64,000 bases of DNA, from assembly GCA_963844715.1 (NCBI GenBank), contig CAWJPJ010000007.1, forward strand, positions 480,001 to 544,000. Reading direction: 5' to 3'. Both the position numbers and the translations under genes were made by a program. The stretch is from an uncultured Phycisphaerales bacterium (lineage in GTDB: Bacteria > Planctomycetota > Phycisphaerae > Tepidisphaerales > Tepidisphaeraceae). The notes under the pieces were generated by a model that was not told the DNA's origin, searched no databases, and saw only the letters and a program-made list of their open reading frames with translations. This document shows, piece by piece, positions 22,015 through 34,261 of the stretch (positions within the stretch are counted from its first letter, which is position 1; every line of letters begins with the position of its first letter).

Positions 22015-22399
22015 ATGTTGGCCCGCGCGGTGGTTCGCGGGACGGTTGGATTAGCGATATTGGGACTGACGGGATGTGTGGTTCGGGAATACAACTCTCC
22101 GCCCCCGCCTCCGCCGCCCCCTCCGCAGCCGGCATATGTAGCCCCGCCGCCTCCGCCCGGCGCGCCGCCGGCGCAGGGGACCGCGGCGCCTCCGCCGCAG
22201 GATCAGGTGGAAGTGGTTACGCCGGCGCCGGGACCCGATTATATCTGGATCAACGGATACTGGGTCTGGCACTACGACCACTATGACTGGGTGCACGGAT
22301 ACTGGGGCCGTCGTCCGTGGGGCGGCAGCCGTTTGGGTTGGCGGGCATTGGGAACACCACCACCACGGCTGGCTCTTCGTGGGCGGTTATTGGCGGTAG
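22015..22399 (+). CDS. YXWGXW-repeat, Pro-rich putative lipoprotein (frameshift ~22330)
   Basis: LAILGLTGC lipobox, poly-Pro, PAPGPDYIWINGYWVW...WVHGYW...WVGGHW...GGYWR. Confidence 0.8.
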
Positions 22400-22476
22400 G
22401 TCCTGCTGAATGATCTCATCGACGCCGGCGGCTTGGTCGGATTCAGACGAATCCCACCAGGCGCCGGCGTTGTCGT

Positions 22477-22782
22477 TTATCTCTGTTCTTCTTCCTCTTC
22501 TTCGTCCACGTCATCGTCCGCGTCCTGGTTGCGGGGGTCGCCGACGGGATAGTCGGCGGTGTATTCAAAAACTTTTCGGACGTACTTTACAAACGGCTCG
22601 GACTGAACCGCCTTTATCTGGTTGGCGGTCATGGTTCCCTCGATGGCGCCGTTATCGGCATCGACATCGGTGACGGACATGCCCGCCGACTTGAGCTTCT
22701 GAACCGCCTGGTCCAGAGGCAGGGGGAGGGGGTCGGATAGAATTACGACGACATCGGCAATCTCTGCGTCCTGGTGTTCCAT
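22477..22782 (-). CDS. small acidic hypothetical protein
   Basis: 101-aa ORF with AAGGAG RBS; acidic tail DADDDVDEEEEEEQR. Confidence 0.7.
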   Translation of the reverse strand: MEHQDAEIADVVVILSDPLPLPLDQAVQKLKSAGMSVTDVDADNGAIEGTMTANQIKAVQSEPFVKYVRKVFEYTADYPVGDPRNQDADDDVDEEEEEEQR

Positions 22783-22798
22783 ACGAAAAAGACTCCTT

Positions 22799-22965
22799 TA
22801 GAGCGGTCTGCGGCTCCGCCTAGCGGCCATTTGTCCACGGCTGCAACGGATGCTGCGTCTTCGCTCCTCAACGTATCTGATTTTCTGATACGCTTCGTCG
22901 CTCATCCTTGCCTCCGTCGCAGCCGTGGCCAAATGGCTCGCTACGCGGAGCCGCAAACCGCTCTA
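22799..22965. mobile_element. MITE-like long imperfect palindrome
   Basis: tagagcggt...accgctcta termini with near-continuous inverted pairing (tgcggctccgc/gcggagccgca, ccacggctgc/gcagccgtgg, cgtatc/gatacg); TA at both ends; no ORF support. Confidence 0.7.
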
Positions 22966-23159
22966 GAATTTGTTGTCCGATTTTATGCGGAATCTCGGGG
23001 TTGAAAACCGAATAAAATTGTCGCCAAGGCGCTTGGTGAGGTTTCGGCGTGAATCGGCGCAGATATTGCGCAGGGAGCGAGGGTTGCGGCGGGTTTTAAG
23101 CCGTGGCCGGCGATCAATTTATCCGGTCCCGCCGGCAGGGTTATGAGGCGGGATTTTAT

Positions 23160-23188
23160 TTGCAAGCATGGAAGCCTTTGTTTAGACT
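23160..23188 (+). promoter_or_regulatory. sigma70-like promoter TTGCAA-N17-TAGACT
   Basis: -35 at 23160-23165, -10 at 23183-23188. Confidence 0.55.
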
Positions 23189-23549
23189 TGCCGTTCGTTC
23201 GGGGCGGAGTTCCGACTGAGCCGGCAGGATGTCGCGGAAAACGAGTTCGCCAGGGCGCTGCGGCATGCGGCGGTAACGGGCATGCCACGAGCCTTACGTT
23301 ACGGAGGAGTCATTGGCGGGCGAGGGTTCCTTGTGTGCGAGGTTTTCCTGCCTGCGAGGAGTTCAAGCATCAGCGGTTAACCCCAGACGGCCTTCCTCAA
23401 GAATGAACAAAAGCCCGCGACGAACAGGGTCGGTATCCGTTTCGGTGATCAGGATGTCGGACCGCAATCCTAGCGGCTTGATGCTTGCGAAGAGAGCCCA
23501 CCGATGCCAAGGCGTCAGGCTGGGAATGATCTGCAAAGGAGAAATACCC

Positions 23550-26500
23550 GTGTTGTTCAAACCCACCGGCCGGGATGATCGTCAATCGAAAAAGATCATG
23601 CGCCGCGGCGTCATAACGGGAAGAAAAGAAGTCTGATCGGGTCTATCGCGTAGGAAGCGGCTGGCGTCGCTGGGGTTTGCCGCCGCGATCGCATTTCCGC
23701 CGACAGCTGGTTCCACAGTCTCGCACTTACGCCGACGACGCGTCGTCGAATCCCAGCGGAACGAAGACTCAGCGATAGCGATATGCTGAAGCTGGGGATC
23801 GTCGCAGTACGACAATGGGCAATTTGAGGAATCACTGGCGACGCTTAAGCAGGTCAACTCCAACACGCTGAGGGACTCGGATAAAAAAGATCTCGCGGAT
23901 TATTTAAGCAAGTCGCAGGAAGCGATGACAGAGCGGCAGGCGGCGCGCGACAATTTCAGCTGGGGAGGATGCGCGGCTGGCGAATAGTCTGCCCGACGCG
24001 GCAGCCACTATCGGGCGGTGTTGAGCAATTCCCGAGCCGACGAAGGGACGCGGCAAAAAGCGAGCGAGCAGTTCGCGCTGGTGGAGGCGGCGGGCGGGGA
24101 GCACCACGATCGGTGAAAGCGGGAGCGGCAGACAGTACGATCGCGCACTGTGCCGGTGGTTGTGCCCGCGCCGGCGGCAACAATCCGCGCCGGCGACGGT
24201 TAACCAGGGCAAGGCCGCGTACGATCGAGGGGTTGAAGAATACAAGAGCGGACAATGGGAACAGGCGAGGGCGGATTTCTCGCAACTCGCAGCAGCCGGT
24301 TATTCCGCGGGATTTTCTGCAGGCGAGCCCGGGCGATTATCTCCAGAAAATTCAGGACAAGGAGAATGACGCGCTGCAGAAACAGGCGGAGCAGCAGACG
24401 ACGGAACAGAAGGATCAGGCGAAGCAGGCTTATCAGCAGGCGCAGTGAAGAATATCGGCAGGGGAAATGGGACGATGCGCGGCGGGATTTCGTGCGGGCC
24501 CGCGACTTGGGTTACAAGCCGGGATTCCTCGAAGGATTGTCACCTTCTGAGTATCTGTCGCGGATGGACGAGAAACAGGCCGAGGAAGCGCGGCTGGCGC
24601 AGCGGGTGAAGGACAACACGGGGGAATCGGCCAGCGGGTCGTCTTCGGCTTCGGATCAGACGGTCAGTCTTGGCGAATCGACGACGTCGAGTCCACGACG
24701 GCCGCCGCCGGTGGTGTTGCCGGTGGCGCGGTGGAGGCGCCGCAGTGCCGGTGCAGCCGGAGCAGCCAGCGATGCCGCAGCCGACGAATCCGCAGAGCAA
24801 GGCGGCGTTTCAGGCGCAGGGGCTCGTGGACATGGGCGCCAAGGCGGAAGCCGCCGGGAAGCAATCAGAATGCGCTGACCGACTACCAGCAGGCGGTATC
24901 GCTGGATCCGACGAACGCGCAGGCGGTCGAGGGCCGCGATCGGATGATGGCGAAGTTGGGGCGGTGGCGCGGCGGGGGCCGGCACGGCGCTCTCGCGGCA
25001 GGCTCGCGAAATTCAGCAGATTCGAGACGCGATCAACTTCAAGTTCAATAACGCGTTGAGCAATGCGCGGATGGCATCGTCTTCGGGGAGCTTCAGCGAC
25101 GCCGAGAACGACATCGCCGACGCGCAGGCCGGCGCGGGATCAGGATCCGTCGGTCTTCAATGAATCGGATTTGCGCAGGATGGATGCGGCGCTGACTCGG
25201 GCCCGGAACGATTTGTATGCGGCCCGACAGGCGAAGCGAGGAGCGGGATCGAACCAGGGCCCGGCAGGAGTCGGAAACGCGGGAAAAGTTGCGGTTGCAA
25301 GCAGGCGGAGGCGGAACGCAGCGCGACGATCGAGTCACTGATCAAACTTTCGCGCACGCTGGTGTGGCAACAGAACTACGCGGCGGCGTTGGGCGTCGTG
25401 GATCAAATCCTGAAGCTTGATCCGCAGAATGACTATGCCCTGGGCGTTCGCCAATTGATCGAGGACAAGGCGATCCTTCAGGAGCAGGCGAGTTCGAAAG
25501 AGAAGTTTGATTACAACTACGAGAAACAACTCAATAACGCCGACGAGCAGTTGATTCCTTATGACGACGTGTTCCGGTTCCCGGACAACTGGCCGGATAT
25601 CTCGGACATGCGCGATCGGGAAGTGGAGGACAAGTCCGCGAGCAAGGAAGACCAGGCGGCGCAGTGCTGCTGGACAAGCGGTTGCCGACAATTCAGTTGC
25701 AGCAGGTTGCGCTGACGGACGCCATCGACTTCCTGCGCGATACGACTGGGGCGAACATTCTGGTGAACTGGAAGGCGCTGGAAGCGGCGAGCATCGACAA
25801 GCAGACCCCGGTCACGGTGACGCTGCACGACGTGAAGTTCTCGAAGGTTCTGGACATCATTCTGCGCAGGCCGGCGGCGGGAAACTGGATCACACGATCG
25901 ACGAAGGCGTGATCTATATCTCGACCACCGACGAGTTGAACAAGGCGGTGGTGACGACGGTTTACGATATCCGCGATCTTTTGATCGATCCGAACTTCGT
26001 TCCGACATTGCCGTCGGTGAACGTTTCGAGCGGAGGCAGCGGCGGGGGCGGCGGAGGCAATCTTCCCAGTGGGCAGGGCACCCAGACGGGAAATGGGCCG
26101 ACGCAGCTCCTGCAGGACATCGAAAAGAAAATTCAAAACACGGTCGCGTTTAACACGTGGAAGGTGAACGACCCCAACGGCTATGGCCAGATCGACGACT
26201 TCAACAACAATCTGATCATAACGCAGACCCATGCGGTTCACGATCAGATTCGGGATTTGCTGGCGCAGTTGCGAGAAAGCCGGGCGTTGCAGATCACGGT
26301 CGAAGCGCGGTTCCTGATCGTCGGACGGCATTTTGTCGAATCGGTGGGGATCGGGCTGAACGGGTTCATCAACGCGACCAGCGATCTGGCGGCGACGGGG
26401 GAACAGGCCAATTCGCACATCACGCCGATTCCGTTCTCGTCGAATAACGCCCAGTTCGTGGCTGCTCCGAGCACGGGCGTGCCGGGCAGCCTGGGTTCGG

Positions 26501-27215
26501 CGCCTGCGCTTCGAGCATCAGCGCCGGGTTCGGAAACTTCCTGGACAATTTCCAGGTCAACGTCGTGTTGGAAGCGGTGCAGGCGTCGAGTAATAACAGC
26601 CTGGTGCACGCCCCGCGGGTCACACTGTGGGACGGGCAGGGCGCGAACATCGAGCAGGAAACGATCATTCCCTACGTGTCGAGCCTGAACGCGTCAGTCG
26701 CCAGCGGCGCGGCGATCGCGACGCCGGTCATCTCGACGGCGACGGACGGCGTGAGCCTGGAAATCGACCGGGCCGTTGTCACGGCGGACCGCAAATTTGT
26801 GACGCTGGATATTCTTCCGGTATTGGACCAGTTCGGCGGGTTCCAGACCTTCGCGTTCCAGATCGCGCCGGCGCCGAGCACGGCGAGCAACGGAACGATC
26901 CTGAACAGCGGCGCCCAGGCGGCGACGCTGGTGGTGCAGGAAGCGATCGAAACGGTCACTGCCGTGCACACGCGCGTGACCGTGCCGGACGGAGGCACGG
27001 TGCTGCTGGGCGGCGTGAACATCAACGGCGAAACGGAACTCGAGGCGGGGCTGCCGGTGCTGTCCAAGATTCCGTTCCTGCGACGGCTGACGACCAGCAC
27101 ATCGTCGGCCAAGGACGATCAGATTCTGCTGATCCTGGTCAAGCCGACGATCATCGTGGACAAGGAAATCGAGGATAAGAACTTCCCGACGTTGTCGGCG
27201 AATCGCGGACAATGA
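23550..27215 (+). CDS. large secretin (GspD/PilQ-family C-terminus) with TPR-like N-terminal region; multiple frameshifts, start approximate
   Basis: AAGGAG RBS before GTG 23550; TPR-like segments (GVEEYKSGQWEQARADF, EYRQGKWDDARRDF); TTVYDIRDLL, LIITQT, QITVEARF, APRVTLWDGQ, TRVTVPDGGTVLLGG, PVLSKIPFL, LLILVKPTII. Confidence 0.82.
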
Positions 27216-27245
27216 ACGCCGTCCAAGCGGCCGGCGGTTCATCCC

Positions 27246-28985
27246 ATGACCAGCCGTGCGCTCCACTTGCCACCCGTGCGCTGGATTGTCGCGGCGCTGC
27301 TTTTCATTCATTGCTTATTGCTGGTTTGGTTCGCGGTGAGAGAACTCGGCGACGTACGACGAGCCGATGCATCTTGCCGCCGGCGTCGCCTATTGGCGGC
27401 GGGCGGATCTTTCCATTTACAGCCTGAGTCCGCCGCTGCTGCGCGATTGGGCGGCCGTGCCCGCAGTGTTGGATGGCGCGAAGGCCCCTGATCCGGCGGC
27501 GTCGCACGATTATGAAGTGGGAATGCGGCATATGGCGTACGTGGATGACTTTCTCGATGCCAATTGGAATACTTTCGAGCACCTTTTGTTCGTGTCGCGG
27601 ATGGGAATGATTCCGATCAGTTGCCTCACGGCGCTGCTGATTTTTACCTGGGCCAGGGACCTGTTTGGGGCGCTGTCGGGGCTGGCGGCGTGGCGCGATG
27701 TATTGCTTCAATCCGTCGATTCTTGCGCACGGGTCGCTGGTGACAACGGATGTGGGGACGACGCTGACGATGACCTGGGCGGCGTGGTTGTGGTGGAAAT
27801 TCTGCCGGCGTCCGACGGTCGGGAGATGGCTGTGGGTCTGCCTGGCGGTGCTGGCCGCGCATTTGTGCAAATTCACGGCGGTGCTGCTGTGGCCGATGAT
27901 GCTGGGGATGGCGATTCCGTTCGCTTTGCGCGGGGAAAACGTTGGAAGACATACTTTTGGGCTTGGGCGGCGGCGATGCCGGTGACGCTGCTGCTGATCA
28001 ACGCGTCGTATGGGTTCGTCGATTCGTTTCGGCCGCTGGGGTCGTTTGCGTTTGATTCAGGGATGATGATCTCGATTCAGCATCATTTGCCCGCCGGGTT
28101 TCGGGTTCCGATACCGGGCGTGATGCTGGAGGGATTCGACGCGCAGAAATATGACACTTCGCTGGGGTATCCGGCGTTTTTATGGGGAACGGTTTATCGT
28201 GGAGTGCGCTGGTATTACTATCCGGCGGCGCTGCTGTGCAAGACGCCGGTGGCGCTGATGGCGCTGATGCTGGCGGCATTGGTGACGCTGCCGATCGCGC
28301 GGCGGCACCTTGCGCCGGAGGATTTTGCTTCGTCGTGGAGCATGGCGCTGGGGGAATCGATTTTCTGGCCGGGGTTTTCATCATCGGCGACGTCAACATC
28401 GGCACGCGATACATTTTGCCGGCGCTGCCTTTCGCATTGATCGTGACCTCGCGCTTGTGGGCGTTCGAGGGGCTGGGCTGGGGATTTTCGGCGAAGATCC
28501 GGGACGGACTGCTGGTGATGGCGGCGATCGAGGCGGTGGCGGTGGGGCCTTATTTCATCAGTTACATCAATTTTGCGTTCGGCGGGCCGTCGAACGGCGT
28601 CAAACTGCTGAAGGATTCGGACTTCGACTGGGGCAACGGATTAATCGCGCTGCGCGATTGGATGCACGACCACGACGTGAAGCGCATCACGCTGGTGAGT
28701 TTTGGATACATCGATCCGGCGATTTACAAGATCAACTATCAGCTCGCGTCGGTGAAGCCGCCGATGCCTTACGTTGCGATCGACAGTTACTTCCTGCAAG
28801 GATTGGTCGCGCGAATGGTGGTCGCGCCGCATCACCGGGAGCCGGTGGCGATTCTGTATAACGAAGAGTTATTGCGGAAAACGCCGGTTGCAGTCGCCGG
28901 GGATACGATCTTCATTTACAACGCAACGGACGTTTTGGGAGCGGCGTTGGAATATCGGGCGATGAATCCCTCATCGCAGCATTGA
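27246..28985 (+). CDS. ArnT/PMT-like (GT39/GT83) membrane glycosyltransferase, frameshifted
   Basis: TYDEPMHLAAG, PPLLR, FNPSILAHGSLVTTD, WYYYPAALLCKTP, IGTRYILP, DSDFDWG; many TM helices. Confidence 0.8.
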
Positions 28986-30796
28986 GTCGGGAGCGGCCGG
29001 CGCCATCAGGCGGATTCCAAAGTGATCGTCGCGAAGCGGGGGATGCGCCCAGGTCGAGGGGAGTGGGGGCCTGGCGATAGTGCGTCATGATCCAGGGGTA
29101 CAGATGCTTGCCGTAGTCGGTTCCGAAAAAGCGCACGCCGAACTCGGTGGTGTCCTTGTGGACGATGAAGACGTAATCGGGCGGATGGGCTTTGAGCGAG
29201 GCCAGCATATTGGATTCGCCGAAGAGGAGCAGGTCGGGGGGATTGAAATTGACATAGGGCACGGACGTGCGCCGCCGGGCCAGGTAATTGATCATGATTC
29301 CTTCGGGGAAACAGGTGATTGTTCGATCCTGGGGGATCTGCCTGGCCAGGGCGACGGCGCGATTGATGTATATGGCTCGGTCGGGGGCTAGGAATTGATC
29401 GCCGCCGCTGCCGACGGCGACGGTGAGTTTGGCGATGGCGGCGCCGGTGATGAGGAGATGGACGAAGAGGACGGCGGACCAGAGGCCGGAGATGCCGGCG
29501 AGATAGACGGCGGCGTTGGCGTTGGTGTTTTTCAGGGCGTCTGCGATCCATCCGAAGACGCAGGCGACGAGCAGCATGGTTGCCGGCATGGCGAGCCAGC
29601 AGCCGTAATGCTCGATGCGAGCGTAGAGGAATATTTTTCCGAGCAGCGTGAGAGAAAGAACGCCCAACAGGGCGGGGAGCGCCGCGGATTCTTTTTTGGC
29701 GAACAGGCGCATGCCGATGGCGGCAAGGGCGACGGCCAGGGCGACGATCGGTAGCGGCCGGAAGATGGATATCCAATCCACGTCTTTCCATCGCAAGGCG
29801 ATAAGTCCCGCCCCGGCAATGGCGGCTGCGGCGGCATTGGGTCTCGTCCATTTTTTTGGCGTCAAGCGAGCCCACGCGGCTAGCACCGCAAGAATCGCGA
29901 CGTATTTCGCCGACCAGGTCAGGAGCCGGCCGAGGCTGCGGCGAGGATCGTCGAGCCCCATGCTGTGGAGATAGAAGCGCTGGCTGGTGATTTTTCCGGC
30001 CAGGAGCATGGGCCACATGCCGGCGGCGCCGTGTATTGCCTGGGGAAGAGGCATCGCCATTGAAAGCAGCAGCACGCTGGTTGTGGGGGGTACGATGGCG
30101 GCGGCGAGGAAATACAGAATCAATACCAAGAGGCGAGATCGCACGATGCGGCGATCGGTGGCCAGGAATAGAAAGCCCAATATTGCCGTTGCGAACGCGG
30201 CGATAAAAAATTCGGCGCGGGTGAGGAAAATCAGGCCGAGGACAAATCCCGCGGCGGCGGCGTTCCAGGCGGATTTTCCGATGATGAGCCGCCAGAGAAA
30301 AATGACCTCCAAAAGACAAAGCAGTGTGGCGTGGGTGTACTCATATTCATATGGACAGACGTAGTTGTAATTTCCGATCTGCATGAGGTGGGAAAACGCA
30401 AACAAGACGACGAAGGAGATTCCAGCGGCGAATGCCGCGGCGCGGCCGGCGATTTGTTCAGAGAGGTAAAAAATCGCGGCGATGATGCCGGCGAGAATCG
30501 GTAAGTTCCATAAAACAAGTGCAAGCAGACTGGGGCCGAAAATCTTGAAGGGGATGGTGTTAAAATAAACGGATAAGGGGCCGGTGTAATGGGCGATGTC
30601 GCGGTAGAGAACTTCGCCGGCGGCGAGGCGCCAGGGAACGTAAAGCTGTACGCCGAAGTCAACTAAGACGTCTGGCCAGGTTCCCCAGGTCCAGACGAGC
30701 ATCGCGACGGCGGCGGCGGCGATGGCGGCGGGGGCGAACCATGCGCCGTTCCCAAAGTGGAGGAAGTTTGGCGGGTTCGTGAAAGGCGGTTGTCAT
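28970..30796 (-). CDS. GT-C-type polytopic membrane protein (putative glycosyltransferase), ends approximate
   Basis: WPDVLVDFGVQLYVPWRLAAGEVLYRDIAHYTGPLS, >10 TM helices, FPEGIMINYLARR. Confidence 0.72.
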
Positions 30797-30894
30797 CCCT
30801 GAGGCTGGGTTTATACACCGCGGTTGATCCGGGCGGTATCGCGGCGCGGCGAGTTCTGCTTGACAGGAGGGGGTCGTGGGCGTAACAGTATCCT

Positions 30895-32424
30895 ATGGAA
30901 CACCCCAAGATCGTCCACGATGGGATTACCTTTGATGACGTGCTGCTGATTCCTGCCCGGAGCGGCTTCGTTCCCGCCGATGCCGATACGCATACCCATT
31001 TAACGCGCAAGATTGAGTTGAATATCCCGCTGGTCTCGGCTCCGATGGACACGGTCACGGAAGCCGCGCTGGCGATCGCGCTGGCGCAGGAAGGGGGGAT
31101 CGGGGTGATTCATAAGAATCTTTCGGTGGAGAATCAGGCGCGCGAAGTGGAGAAGGTGAAGCGCAGCGAAAACGGCGTGATCGTTGATCCGATCACGCTG
31201 CCGCCGACGGAGACGATCTCGACGGCGCGGCGGGTGATGCGGGAATACAACGTGAGCGGAATTCCGATTGTGGAAGGGGCGGCGACGGTCGGGCAGGGTC
31301 CGCATCGGCGGCATGCGGGAAACGGGAAATCGCCGCGGCTGGTGGGGATTCTGACCCGGCGAGATCTCAAATTTCAGGAAGACGACGCCCGCCGGATCGG
31401 CGACGTGATGACGCACGAAAATCTGATTACCGCGCCAGAGCACACGACGCTGGACGAGGCGGAGCGGCTGCTCTATCGGTCGAAGGTGGAAAAATTGCTC
31501 CTGGTGGACAAGGAGAATCGACTGGCGGGGCTGATCACGATGCGCGACATCGACAAGATGCACCAGTTTCCCAATGCGTGCAAGGACAAGCGCGGACGGC
31601 TGCGGGTCGGGGCGGCGACGGGGGTGCTGGATATGGCGCGGGTGGAGGCGCTGATTCGGGCGGATGTGGACGTGATCGTCGTGGATACGGCGCACGGGCA
31701 CAGCCAGAACGTGCTGGATACGGTGAAGGAGATCAAGCGGAAGTATGAGATCGAAGTGATCGCCGGGAACGTGGCGACGGCGGAAGGGGCGCGCGATTTG
31801 ATCGACGCGGGGGTGGACGGAGTGAAAGTGGGGATCGGGCCGGGGGCGATTTGCACGACGCGGATCATCAGCGGGGTGGGGGTGCCGCAGATCACGGCGA
31901 TTATGAATGCCGCATCGATCGCGGATTTGTCGGGCGTGCCGGTGATCGCCGACGGCGGGATCCGCCACAGCGGCGACATCACCAAGGCGGTCGCGGCAGG
32001 GGCGAGCTGCGTGATGATGGGGAGCATGTTCGCGGGATTGGACGAATCGCCGGGCGAGCTGGTGATCCATCAGGGGCGGCGGTACAAGACGTATCGAGGG
32101 ATGGGGAGCATGGGCGCCATGATCAGCGGGTCGAAGGACCGTTATGGGCAGGCGGGGGTTCGCGAGACGAGCAAACTGGTTCCGGAGGGGGTCGAGGGGC
32201 GGGTGCCTTATCGAGGGCCGCTGGGGGATTTTGTTTATCAGATGGTGGGCGGGGTGCGGGCGGGGATGGGTTATTGCGGGACTAAAGATATCGAGGCATT
32301 GCGCAAAGACGCGAAATTTTGCCGGGTTTCGGCGGCGAGCATGGCAGAAAGCCATCCTCATGACATCACAATTACCAAGGAATCGCCGAATTATACGGTA
32401 GAATACGCGGAGGAATCCCGATAA
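30895..32424 (+). CDS. guaB: IMP dehydrogenase
   Basis: [22 protein letters not shown] pair, [33 protein letters not shown]. Confidence 0.98.
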   Translation: MEHPKIVHDGITFDDVLLIPARSGFVPADADTHTHLTRKIELNIPLVSAPMDTVTEAALAIALAQEGGIGVIHKNLSVENQAREVEKVKRSENGVIVDPITLPPTETISTARRVMREYNVSGIPIVEGAATVGQGPHRRHAGNGKSPRLVGILTRRDLKFQEDDARRIGDVMTHENLITAPEHTTLDEAERLLYRSKVEKLLLVDKENRLAGLITMRDIDKMHQFPNACKDKRGRLRVGAATGVLDMARVEALIRADVDVIVVDTAHGHSQNVLDTVKEIKRKYEIEVIAGNVATAEGARDLIDAGVDGVKVGIGPGAICTTRIISGVGVPQITAIMNAASIADLSGVPVIADGGIRHSGDITKAVAAGASCVMMGSMFAGLDESPGELVIHQGRRYKTYRGMGSMGAMISGSKDRYGQAGVRETSKLVPEGVEGRVPYRGPLGDFVYQMVGGVRAGMGYCGTKDIEALRKDAKFCRVSAASMAESHPHDITITKESPNYTVEYAEESR

Positions 32425-32448
32425 CGGTGGATTCCAGGGAGGCACGCC

Positions 32449-32688
32449 ATGAAGTACCGGCGAATTGCTTTGGCGGGGATCGGGGCGGTCGGATTATTGG
32501 CGCTGGCGGCTTGCGGCGCGGATTCGCAAGATTCCTCGCAAAGCGACCCGACGACGCGTGCATTGGCCGATCCGATGGGATATTCTCCCGACTTCGACAA
32601 CACGGGAGTGACGGACGGCAAAGGAATCGGTGACAGCGATCCTGATGGACTGAAGAGGGATGTCAATCATGTACTCAATCCTCCGTAA
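32449..32688 (+). CDS. small putative lipoprotein
   Basis: GGAGG RBS; LALAAC lipobox; acidic mature region. Confidence 0.7.
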   Translation: MKYRRIALAGIGAVGLLALAACGADSQDSSQSDPTTRALADPMGYSPDFDNTGVTDGKGIGDSDPDGLKRDVNHVLNPP

Positions 32689-33082
32689 TGGCGGGCTGGC
32701 CGCGATCGTGGCGTTTTGTTTGTTCGGCTGCTCGAGAGTTCAGCGGATAGAGCCGACGCAAGCTTTGCAGCCGCCGTTGGAGTCCGCGGACGCGGCGATG
32801 TCGGCGCGGCAGTGGGATCCGTCCGTGGCGTGGTACGCCAGCGGCGGGGTGTATGCGTGGCCGAATTACATAACGTTCGCGCCGACGTCGAAGGATCCGG
32901 GGCTGCGGGGCGCCAAGGAGACTTTCTACTTCATCTTCAACACGGTTTACGCTCCATTCGTCGCGTTTACGACGGATCCGGCGTGGAAACTGGTTCTGTA
33001 CCAGCCTTTGACGATGCCGCCGACTTACACGGCCAATCCCCCGCTGCCGGACTCGGCGACGACGCAGCCTTCCGACGAATAA
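32660..33082 (+). CDS. putative lipoprotein
   Basis: CLFGC lipobox after hydrophobic stretch; overlaps upstream gene. Confidence 0.65.
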   Translation: MSIMYSILRNGGLAAIVAFCLFGCSRVQRIEPTQALQPPLESADAAMSARQWDPSVAWYASGGVYAWPNYITFAPTSKDPGLRGAKETFYFIFNTVYAPFVAFTTDPAWKLVLYQPLTMPPTYTANPPLPDSATTQPSDE

Positions 33083-33096
33083 TATCAGGCATTTGA

Positions 33097-34200
33097 ATGC
33101 CTCTGGAGCGATCGCAGGTTTGTGAATCGGCCGCAGCGAAGCTTGCGGCTGCGCTGCCGAGGTTGCATGCGCTGCGGGCGCTGGTGGGGCTGGATGGATT
33201 CGTCGACGAGATCGTGGAAGTGGTGGACAAGCGGCACGATGTGGAAAAATACGACGCCGTGCGGACGATCGACTCGATGGGGAGGAAGATTCTGGCGGCG
33301 GCGGGGCAATCGAGCAATTACGAACTGGTGGTGAAGCGGACGAAGATCGGAGGGAGCGGGCCGATCATGGCGGGGGCGCTGGCGGCGGCGGGGATGGGAG
33401 TAACGTGCATTGGATGCCTGGGGAAGCCGGAAATACATCCCATCTTCGGCGGATTTACACATCCGATCAGCGTCGGGGAGCCGGGTTATACGCAAGCATT
33501 GGAATTCGAGGACGGGAAGCTGATGCTGAACAAGACCGGCGGGTTGCCGGAGGTTTCGTGGGAGCGGATTGTTGACGAAGTCGGCGAGGAAGAGCTGGGG
33601 GAGATCGTGGGGGCGTGCGGGCTGATCGCGATGAATAACTGGACGATGATTCCGCATATGGCGCGGATATGGGAGGGTTTTGGCGGGATTCTGGCGGGGC
33701 TGCCGCGGCGGGATTTCTTTGTCGATCTTTCTGATCCGGAAAAGCGTACGGAAAGAGATTTGCGAATCGTGCTCGAAACGCTGGGGAAATTAGAGGGGAG
33801 CGCGGATGTGATTTTGGGACTGAATTTGAAGGAAGCGATTCGGGTTGCGCAAGTGGTGGGTGGGATCGACGAATCGTTGCCGGCGGGGCTGGTGGGGATG
33901 ATTCGCCAGAAGCTCAAGATATCGTGCGTGGTGGTGCATCCCCGGCATGGGGCGGCGGCGGCATCGGTGGAGGGACTTGCGGAATTCGACGGGCCGTTTG
34001 TGCGGGCGCCGGGCATCAGTACGGGGGCGGGGGATCATTTCAATGCGGGATTCTGCCTGGGAAGAATGTTGGGGATGACGCTGGAGGAATGCCTTTGCGC
34101 GGGGACGGCTTGCAGCGGGTACTACGTCAGGCATGGACGCAGCGCGGATGGGATGGAATTGGTACGGTTCATGGGGGAACTTCCCGATCCCGAGGGATGA
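33097..34200 (+). CDS. PfkB/ribokinase-family kinase
   Basis: GLDGFVDEI, IGGSGPIMA, STGAGDHFNAGFCLG. Confidence 0.85.
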   Translation: MPLERSQVCESAAAKLAAALPRLHALRALVGLDGFVDEIVEVVDKRHDVEKYDAVRTIDSMGRKILAAAGQSSNYELVVKRTKIGGSGPIMAGALAAAGMGVTCIGCLGKPEIHPIFGGFTHPISVGEPGYTQALEFEDGKLMLNKTGGLPEVSWERIVDEVGEEELGEIVGACGLIAMNNWTMIPHMARIWEGFGGILAGLPRRDFFVDLSDPEKRTERDLRIVLETLGKLEGSADVILGLNLKEAIRVAQVVGGIDESLPAGLVGMIRQKLKISCVVVHPRHGAAAASVEGLAEFDGPFVRAPGISTGAGDHFNAGFCLGRMLGMTLEECLCAGTACSGYYVRHGRSADGMELVRFMGELPDPEG

Positions 34201-34226
34201 AAAAAGCGGCGCCGCGAGACGCCGCT
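34200..34226 (-). terminator. putative intrinsic terminator
   Basis: agcggcg/cgccgct stem with adjacent A tract (U tract on minus strand) between convergent genes. Confidence 0.55.
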
Positions 34227-34261
34227 GTCGAAAAGCTGTTTGTCCGCTAGTCAGTATTTGA

